Virus record (IMG/VR): IMGVR_UViG_3300021963_000029
Coordinates: 96,001 to 160,000 of that record
Length of the DNA: 64,000 nucleotides
Strand: one strand, 5' to 3'
Source: a virus
The position numbers were made by a program, and so were the translations under genes. The notes below the pieces were generated by a model. It was not told where the DNA came from. It saw only the letters and a list, made by a program, of their open reading frames with translations, and did no database searches. Within the stretch, counting starts at the first letter, position 1. Each line of letters begins with the position of its first letter. Below are positions 58,210 through 64,000 of the stretch, in pieces.

Positions 58210-58296
58210 AAAAATACAGTGGTGTTGGTTATTGTGATTCTCTAGAATCTACAAAGACCAACCCACTGTGGAGTGGTTCAACTCAATGGTTGAAAC
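58210..58296 (-). promoter_or_regulatory. structured 5' leader (two hairpins) downstream of late box TAAATA (58297..58302)
   Basis: TTCAAC/GTTGAA hairpin and a long imperfect hairpin at 58216..58269. Confidence 0.55.
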
Positions 58297-58303
58297 TATT
58301 TAG

Positions 58304-58975
58304 TTATCCCTTCTTCCAAGCTTCCCCTTCTGCTTTTCTTCTTCTAGCAAGACCTGCCTCTACATTTGAACCAGGATTTCTGTAAAGATATAAAGCATCA
58401 GGAACTTGATCCCATTCCTTATTCTTCAGGCGTTTAGTAATAGTATTAAAGTTATCACCACCGTAAAAACCGGCACCAAGATTATAAGCAAAGCTGAGCA
58501 GAGCGCCTCTTTTTCCATCTGACATTTCACTCCAATGTGGGATTTTTCTAAGGGATGGGAGAAACTGATTCTTGCACTGACTAATCAACAACTCATCTGC
58601 TTCCTGTTGAGTGATTGTGTCACCCATTTGGAATGGAGATCCATCCTTTTTACGAGTTGATCCCCAGCCAATTGTGATTGGAAGTCCACCTGTAAGAGGA
58701 TCAGGGTATGCCTTGAGATGGCATCCCTCAAATTCCTTGATGAGTTTAATGCCTGTCATAGGCATATCATCACCACCTGCAACAGGAGCAGAAGCTGCAG
58801 CAGCAGGAGCTGGTGCAGCATTACCCTTTTTTCCTCTGTAGATCTCCGCCCAGTCAACATTGTCCTCAAGGAACTTAACCGGTAGGTTATCCTCTAACCA
58901 CTGTACTGCTTTAACATGATTAGGGTTCTTCTCATCATAGAATTTGAAGAAGTTGTGTAAATCTATTCTTGCCAT
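58304..58975 (-). CDS. GH24 lysozyme (endolysin) with N-terminal accessory domain
   Basis: IKEFEG..L.AY.D.....TIGWG, ALLSFAYNLG, GL.RRR.AE. Confidence 0.92.
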   Translation of the reverse strand: MARIDLHNFFKFYDEKNPNHVKAVQWLEDNLPVKFLEDNVDWAEIYRGKKGNAAPAPAAAASAPVAGGDDMPMTGIKLIKEFEGCHLKAYPDPLTGGLPITIGWGSTRKKDGSPFQMGDTITQQEADELLISQCKNQFLPSLRKIPHWSEMSDGKRGALLSFAYNLGAGFYGGDNFNTITKRLKNKEWDQVPDALYLYRNPGSNVEAGLARRRKAEGEAWKKG

Positions 58976-58989
58976 TGTTTGTTCTCCTA

Positions 58990-59661
58990 TCAGTCGAAAA
59001 TTCTTCCCCAACCATCGTTGCCACCTGGACACCAACGATGCTTAAGAACTGCTTTTGTGTAAATGGTCTTCTTACCATTTGTCACTGGACCAGTATAGTT
59101 ATCATTCAGAGAACCATATGGATCATTGACATAATATCCTTTGCCATCTGGAGTCTTTCCAATTACAACACACATGTGCCCACCAGTAGGTGCAGAAAGA
59201 GAACCCCTATGGAGTATGCCAATAACAACGGGCTTTCCAGAGTCCAAACTTTTATCAATATCAGCAAAAGATAGATTGTAACTAAAGTGTGACTTAACAC
59301 CATAACCTGCCAAAACCTTCGTCTGTACGGCATGGTCAGTTGTATCGCCAATTGCAAATACTTTCTTAACATATTCGTCATCGCCTTTGATTGAACCAGG
59401 CTTTAGAAAAGCAAGACACATAGCACAAGAAGAACTGTTACAAGTTCTGTGTGCATCTCTGTAGTTGTCTACTTGGTTAAAGTATGGAACTGCAAGAACC
59501 TCTGGAGTTGGTGGTTTGGTTCTGAAAATTCCAATCCAATCTGTCTCTGAATCATCCATGAATTCAGCAGGGAGGTTATCCTCTAACCACTGTACTGCTG
59601 CTACATGATTCGCATTACCATCATCATAATACTTGAAAAAGTTATGAAGATCTAAAGTCAT
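58990..59661 (-). CDS. peptidase C39-like protein with the same N-terminal domain as the lysozyme
   Basis: VPYFNQ...CNSSSCAM...GH..V..G.....Y.VNDPYG. Confidence 0.85.
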   Translation of the reverse strand: MTLDLHNFFKYYDDGNANHVAAVQWLEDNLPAEFMDDSETDWIGIFRTKPPTPEVLAVPYFNQVDNYRDAHRTCNSSSCAMCLAFLKPGSIKGDDEYVKKVFAIGDTTDHAVQTKVLAGYGVKSHFSYNLSFADIDKSLDSGKPVVIGILHRGSLSAPTGGHMCVVIGKTPDGKGYYVNDPYGSLNDNYTGPVTNGKKTIYTKAVLKHRWCPGGNDGWGRIFD

Positions 59662-59701
59662 TATCCTCGTAATAGCACTGAGCTATTTAGCTTTAGGCAT
59701 T

Positions 59702-59723
59702 AAAAAACCCCCTATAGGGGGTT
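59702..59723 (-). terminator. intrinsic terminator after peroxiredoxin
   Basis: AACCCCC-TATA-GGGGGTT-TTTT. Confidence 0.8.
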
Positions 59724-59728
59724 CACTA

Positions 59729-60256
59729 TTATACAGGAGAAAGTTCTCTTGTTTTAGATTTCACATATTCAAATACTTTCTCTGGAGTAGTCTCCTCATA
59801 AGGGTCTGATGTGGCATTATCTCTTTGACCACCTTCCAAGAATAGTTTCTCGATGACTCCATTATCCACAACCATAGCATAACGCCAAGAGCGATCACCG
59901 AAACCAAGGTTAGACTTACTGACAAGCATTCCCATAGAACGTGTGAAGTATGCATTGCCATCTGGGATGAGTTTTACATTCTTGATATTCTGATCTTGTG
60001 CCCAGGCATTCATTACGAAACCATCATTAACAGAAACACAATAGATGCCATCAATCCCAAGAGCCACAAAATCATCGTACTTCTCTTCAAATCCAGGGAG
60101 TTGATAAGCAGAGCAAGTAGGAGTAAATGCACCAGGGAGAGAGAATACAATAACACGCTTACCATCAAATAGATCAGCAGATGTTCTATTTACAAACTCA
60201 CCATTTTCTCTGAATACAAATTCTACTTGAGGAATTTGGTAACTTTCTTTACGCAT
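59729..60256 (-). CDS. peroxiredoxin (PRX5/Redoxin family)
   Basis: FSLPGAFTPTCS, SVNDGFVMNAW, RSWRYAM; GGAGGT SD before Met at 60256. Confidence 0.93.
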   Translation of the reverse strand: MRKESYQIPQVEFVFRENGEFVNRTSADLFDGKRVIVFSLPGAFTPTCSAYQLPGFEEKYDDFVALGIDGIYCVSVNDGFVMNAWAQDQNIKNVKLIPDGNAYFTRSMGMLVSKSNLGFGDRSWRYAMVVDNGVIEKLFLEGGQRDNATSDPYEETTPEKVFEYVKSKTRELSPV

Positions 60257-60267
60257 ACTTACCTCCA

Positions 60268-60387
60268 TCAAAAAACTCCAGGAATAATCTGTCCAGTGAC
60301 AAGATAAGAAACTACTCCAGCAACAAATCCAAGCATTGCCAGACGAGCATTGAGGATCTCTGCCTCAGGGGTAAAACCGAATTTCAT
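60268..60387 (-). CDS. hli: high-light inducible protein (39 aa)
   Basis: Hand translation [39 protein letters not shown]. Confidence 0.92.
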   Translation of the reverse strand: MKFGFTPEAEILNARLAMLGFVAGVVSYLVTGQIIPGVF

Positions 60388-60581
60388 TTTTGTTCTCCTT
60401 GATAGGGGTGTTGTTGTTTAAGGTTTGGATCTGGTTTAGAATCCACTTTTTCTTTTACAGGTTTGATGACAATGAACTTGTCATTCTTTAAAGTGCCTGC
60501 CACTTTTACTTCAAGTTCTAGATTATTCCAATCTAAACTTTGGAGGGCAACACCAAGTTGCCCAAGCATTCCAGCACTCAC
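60384..60581 (-). CDS. small hypothetical cyanophage protein
   Basis: 65 aa, coupled to petF and hli. Confidence 0.65.
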   Translation of the reverse strand: MSAGMLGQLGVALQSLDWNNLELEVKVAGTLKNDKFIVIKPVKEKVDSKPDPNLKQQHPYQGEQK

Positions 60582-60871
60582 AGGTTCTCTTCCTGCTCAG
60601 TGAGGATCACACAATCAGACTTGGGATATGCTACACAAAGGAGAGCAAATCCTTCTGCCATCTGATCATCATCAAGGAAAGATTGTTCTTCATTATCAAT
60701 CTCACCAGAAACAACTTTGCCAGCACATGAAGAACATGCACCTGCTTTACAAGAATAAGGAAGATCAATATCTGCTTCTTCAGCAGCTTCAAGAATATAT
60801 TGATCTTCAGCACACTGAATAGTGGTTTCAGTGCCGTCAGGAGATTGAAGAGTAATATTGTAAGTAGTCAT
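60578..60871 (-). CDS. petF: [2Fe-2S] plant-type ferredoxin
   Basis: [16 protein letters not shown]...LLCVAYP.SD. Confidence 0.97.
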   Translation of the reverse strand: MTTYNITLQSPDGTETTIQCAEDQYILEAAEEADIDLPYSCKAGACSSCAGKVVSGEIDNEEQSFLDDDQMAEGFALLCVAYPKSDCVILTEQEENL

Positions 60872-60957
60872 TAGTAAGTTTCGGAAAGTTTTTCTACAGA
60901 TACTGCCAACAAAACAAAGAAGGCAATACTAATAATTGTAAAGATGAATGAAGTCAT
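60871..60957 (-). CDS. 28-aa single-helix membrane micro-protein
   Basis: [28 protein letters not shown]; TAATG overlap with the petF start. Confidence 0.55.
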   Translation of the reverse strand: MTSFIFTIISIAFFVLLAVSVEKLSETY

Positions 60958-60970
60958 TGTCAATCAATTG

Positions 60971-61165
60971 TCAGAAGATTCCGAAGAAGAGGTTGCCAGT
61001 GAGTACATAAGAAAGAGCACCAGCAACAATGCCGACCATAGCCCAGCGTCCATTATACTTCTCCTTTACTTGGTTGGGGGTATCCATACCATAGTTTTGA
61101 TAGTACATGGTAGGTTCTTTGGCAAACATATTCTGTTGACCAAGTTCATTAGTTGTTACAGTCAT
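60971..61165 (-). CDS. hli: high-light inducible protein (long form)
   Basis: NMFAKEP...EKYNGRWAMVGIVAG...TG.LFFGIF. Confidence 0.9.
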   Translation of the reverse strand: MTVTTNELGQQNMFAKEPTMYYQNYGMDTPNQVKEKYNGRWAMVGIVAGALSYVLTGNLFFGIF

Positions 61166-61192
61166 TTAACTTTTGTTTCAGATTGTTACAAC

Positions 61193-61221
61193 AGTATATA
61201 GTAAAAATTAAGGGGAGTCAA
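61193..61221 (-). promoter_or_regulatory. sigma70-type promoter of the hli-petF-hli-prx operon
   Basis: TTGACT-17 nt-TATACT. Confidence 0.75.
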
Positions 61222-61272
61222 GCTCCCCCAGTAGTCATTTATACCTAATATTGTTAGGAGACTCTAACAATA

Positions 61273-61641
61273 TTAGAAGGTATAGCGAACTTTTAGTTCA
61301 CCACCCATGTCAAATACATCCGTCACACCACCAAGTTCACCAGTAACTTTGGCTTTCAGAGCAAGTTTCTCAGCAAGAGGTGCAGTCACACCAACTTCAC
61401 CAACAGTAACATATTCATTACGAACAGAGGTTACAGTATTCCACTCATAACCAGGACCAATTTCAGCATAAACATTTACGCCTCCACCAACAGGTGCTTC
61501 ATAACCAATACGAAGTTCAGTTTGGGCACCTTTGTAGTCACCACCAGATAGGGCAGTGGTGGTTTTAGACTCCACATAAGGAGCTGCCATAGCAGGAGCA
61601 GAAAGGAGAAGTGCTGTTGAACTTAAAATAATAGACTTCAT
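61273..61641 (-). CDS. small secreted outer-membrane beta-strand protein
   Basis: Signal peptide (..SAPAMA), alternating strands, terminal KVRYTF. Confidence 0.7.
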   Translation of the reverse strand: MKSIILSSTALLLSAPAMAAPYVESKTTTALSGGDYKGAQTELRIGYEAPVGGGVNVYAEIGPGYEWNTVTSVRNEYVTVGEVGVTAPLAEKLALKAKVTGELGGVTDVFDMGGELKVRYTF

Positions 61642-61665
61642 AAATTGTATTTTTTTCTAAACTAT

Positions 61666-61697
61666 AAAGACAGTCTAAGGTTTCTTAGACTGTCTTT
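61666..61697. repeat. perfect 14-bp inverted repeat
   Basis: AAAGACAGTCTAAG-gttt-CTTAGACTGTCTTT. Confidence 0.85.
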
Positions 61698-61722
61698 AGA
61701 ATATAACATTTTCTTCAGATTG

Positions 61723-62505
61723 TCAACCTATCAGTGGTTCCCAGAATCCATAGAATTCATAATCTAACAATTCTTGTGTTCCAAGTTCTGGTGGTCTATT
61801 CTTCCAGAAGTTCATAACACCTTCTACATTTTGTTTATGAAATACTTCAATATGATCCTGGTGAATACCAGAATCAAAGTCATACCTATAAGTAAACATA
61901 GGCATAGAATAAGTTACACCAGAGTTGTAGATAATTTCCTCTGATGTTGCTCTAGGTTTGATTTTCTGGTCAAGTCTATACTTGTCTCCTCTAATATGAT
62001 GCTTGATTAATTTTTCAGCATGATGTCTAGTAATGACATAAAATGCTGCACAGAAATCATTAATCAATCTTGGGTGTAAGTTAGCCCTAAGATTCTTTGT
62101 ACTCGTGATTGCACATTGTAATACATCCCAATCATATGGAACAGCAGAAAGATATCCGCCCCAAGTAAAAGGCCAATAAGGGACTGTATCAAATACAATG
62201 TCGTCTTCACAAATAATAATGTAATCTAAATCTGTATTGTCATAGAAGTGCTTGATAGCCTTCAGATGTGACATTGTACACCCCAGTTCCCCTGGAGTCA
62301 ATAGGTCTGGGAATCTGCCCACAAGAAATTCAGAAACATCATTCTCTCCTCTAGCATCAATAGCAGAAATTCTGGTGTTTTCAATTCCATAAAAGTCAAA
62401 CAGTTCATTCATATGATCCTGTCTGTCAGTCTCTGTATCTAGATTGATCCACAATACAGGACCCATCCCTTTAAGTTTCTTTTTTATTGTAGAAGTATCT
62501 GTCAT
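61723..62505 (-). CDS. glycosyltransferase family 25
   Basis: WINLD...DR, GELGCTMSHL.AI, IICEDD. Confidence 0.88.
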   Translation of the reverse strand: MTDTSTIKKKLKGMGPVLWINLDTETDRQDHMNELFDFYGIENTRISAIDARGENDVSEFLVGRFPDLLTPGELGCTMSHLKAIKHFYDNTDLDYIIICEDDIVFDTVPYWPFTWGGYLSAVPYDWDVLQCAITSTKNLRANLHPRLINDFCAAFYVITRHHAEKLIKHHIRGDKYRLDQKIKPRATSEEIIYNSGVTYSMPMFTYRYDFDSGIHQDHIEVFHKQNVEGVMNFWKNRPPELGTQELLDYEFYGFWEPLIG

Positions 62506-63149
62506 GGTTTCCCCCACTGTGGATATCTATGGTGTTTTAAAAATGTATAATCTACATTTACTTTTTCAATATCTGAATAACTATTCCTTTGCCAAGTTAA
62601 GTGGGGAATAATTACATATGCATTAATTTCTCTATGTGATTCTGCATAATGCACATCACATGGTTTAGTAATATCAATTAATTTATCAATAAACCTATCA
62701 AAAACTTTGCTGCTAAAAGCAACTGAGTGTGCTGCTAAGGTGTACTCACATTTATAAACATGATCAGAAACCTGCTTGAGGTTCATTCCATGGAAATGCT
62801 GTCCACCAAGATATAACATATCCCAATCAGATGGAACTTCTGTAATGTATTGAGTGAACAATTCATTGACATTCTCATCAAACTGAATGTCATCTTCTAA
62901 TAGAAGAAAACTATTAAGACCTAATTGCTTGGCATACTTGATGCAAAAGAACTGAGATAGTGCACATCCAACTGCTCCTTCTTTAATCTCTGGAGGGAAA
63001 TCCAGATTCATTTTAGCACCTTCAATGCCAGGAACTCTTTCAACATTAAAAGAATGTTTTGCAAATTCTTTCTGTGCTTCTTCCCATCTATCTGGTCTTG
63101 AATCTAGATTGATACAAAAAGTTCTATCAAAGTAATCAGTTAGAATCAT
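62502..63149 (-). CDS. glycosyltransferase family 25
   Basis: CINLDSRPDRW, GAVGCALSQ, LLLEDD, WDMLYLG. Confidence 0.88.
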   Translation of the reverse strand: MILTDYFDRTFCINLDSRPDRWEEAQKEFAKHSFNVERVPGIEGAKMNLDFPPEIKEGAVGCALSQFFCIKYAKQLGLNSFLLLEDDIQFDENVNELFTQYITEVPSDWDMLYLGGQHFHGMNLKQVSDHVYKCEYTLAAHSVAFSSKVFDRFIDKLIDITKPCDVHYAESHREINAYVIIPHLTWQRNSYSDIEKVNVDYTFLKHHRYPQWGKP

Positions 63150-63946
63150 AATGTCTCCCATCCTTCACAATAAAGATCTGATGTATCATGATCCATTAGA
63201 GAAGGTCCAAACCAAATCTTAGGAGCAATAACCTTTTCGCTCTTTGCCAACCATGCTCCCCACCAACTAAAGGAACTGTTAGCAATGATATGATACTTAC
63301 ACATAGACATAAAGCACATGTCATGCTTAGCAGAATTAGATTGTGATACAAAGAACCTATCTGGATCAAATACACTTTGCATCATACACCAATCAATGTC
63401 ATCTGAGAATATCAACACAGGAACATCTGGAAGTTTTTTCAATGCCTCTATGTAATACTCAATTGGGGGCACTGGATGAAAAGACTGAAGATGGAGATAA
63501 TCACTTCTTCTAATGTGCAAAGAAATCAATTCACTAGTTCCAATTTCATTGGTAATAATATCTTTGCAAGAATTTATAACATCTTCATCAAAGGTAAAGT
63601 CTTGTCTAATTTGATCTTCAATGTGCTTGAAGTATTTCTCTGATTGAAAATAACCATAAAGATCTACATTATCTTCACAGTTATTAAATAGATACTCATC
63701 AAAATGAAATCCAGATTCCTTTACCATCTTATTTGGTTCAAGGAATTTATCCACTTTACTAAGATCAAAAGCATTATGGATGTTAGTATCTGAATTCTTT
63801 ACATTTGGATCACTAACCCCAAAAGAATATTCAGGAGGAATACAAAACCCAAGTCCTCTGTTAGCAGCAATACCTCTCAAAGAAGCATACTGAAACATTT
63901 GATTGCCTAACCTACCAAGGTTTCCTAATTGGTTAAAAGAGATCAT
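63146..63946 (-). CDS. alpha-1,2-fucosyltransferase-like (GT11)
   Basis: GRLGNQMFQYA, GYFQSEKYF, SLHIRRSDY, FSDD..WC, IIANSSFSWWGAWL. Confidence 0.93.
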   Translation of the reverse strand: MISFNQLGNLGRLGNQMFQYASLRGIAANRGLGFCIPPEYSFGVSDPNVKNSDTNIHNAFDLSKVDKFLEPNKMVKESGFHFDEYLFNNCEDNVDLYGYFQSEKYFKHIEDQIRQDFTFDEDVINSCKDIITNEIGTSELISLHIRRSDYLHLQSFHPVPPIEYYIEALKKLPDVPVLIFSDDIDWCMMQSVFDPDRFFVSQSNSAKHDMCFMSMCKYHIIANSSFSWWGAWLAKSEKVIAPKIWFGPSLMDHDTSDLYCEGWETL

Positions 63947-64000
63947 TGTAGATAATTAATGTAAATAAAGTCTTCAAGAACTTCAATCTGTTTTACTCTT
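63943..64000 (-). CDS. 3' end of an upstream ORF (..RVKQIEVLEDFIYINYLQ), probably another glycosyltransferase
   Basis: Open frame to TGA overlapping the GT11 start; identity inferred from context only. Confidence 0.45.
   Translation of the reverse strand, partial: RVKQIEVLEDFIYINYLQ

Noticed and set aside
58976-59035. N-terminal extension of the lysozyme in the ORF track (MVSRWQRW...)
   Set aside because: It overlaps the upstream gene; Met at 58975 aligns with the start of the paralogous domain.

Overview
This window is a 64-kb segment of a T4-like cyanomyovirus (cyanophage) genome, AT-rich and intact, with no CRISPR array or recognisable mobile element. A picocyanobacterial (Synechococcus/Cyanobium-like) host is inferred from psbA, psbD, hli, petF and cp12. 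Layout: (1) 1-20.4 kb, minus-strand tail-fibre/appendage cluster (three paralogous beta-helix fibres, a 907-aa collagen-like fibre, three paralogous small adaptor-like proteins); (2) 21-36 kb, tRNA-Leu(UAA) with a structured leader, then baseplate/tail genes (gp5, cp12, hub, two tape-measure-like proteins with M23 and lytic-transglycosylase domains, gp51, gp26, gp4, gp2, gp48, gp53); (3) 36-43 kb, gp32, gp59, gp33, exonuclease, phoH, thyX, a glutamine (glnA-type) riboswitch with micro-ORFs, speD, glutaredoxin; (4) 43-48 kb, glycosyltransferase/2OG-Fe(II) oxygenase/methyltransferase cassette; (5) psbD-psbA with a PhotoRC-II-like leader; (6) 51-64 kb, accessory genes (second collagen module, autotransporter-like barrel, twin lysins, peroxiredoxin, two hli, petF, GT25/GT25/GT11). 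Best leads: a probable -1 frameshift fusing gp26 to gp51, a kink-turn RNA in front of tRNA-Leu, a repeating fibre(-IALG)/adaptor/fibre gene pattern, and the oxygenase-glycosyltransferase cassette. All family calls come from motif recognition by eye; no database search was run.
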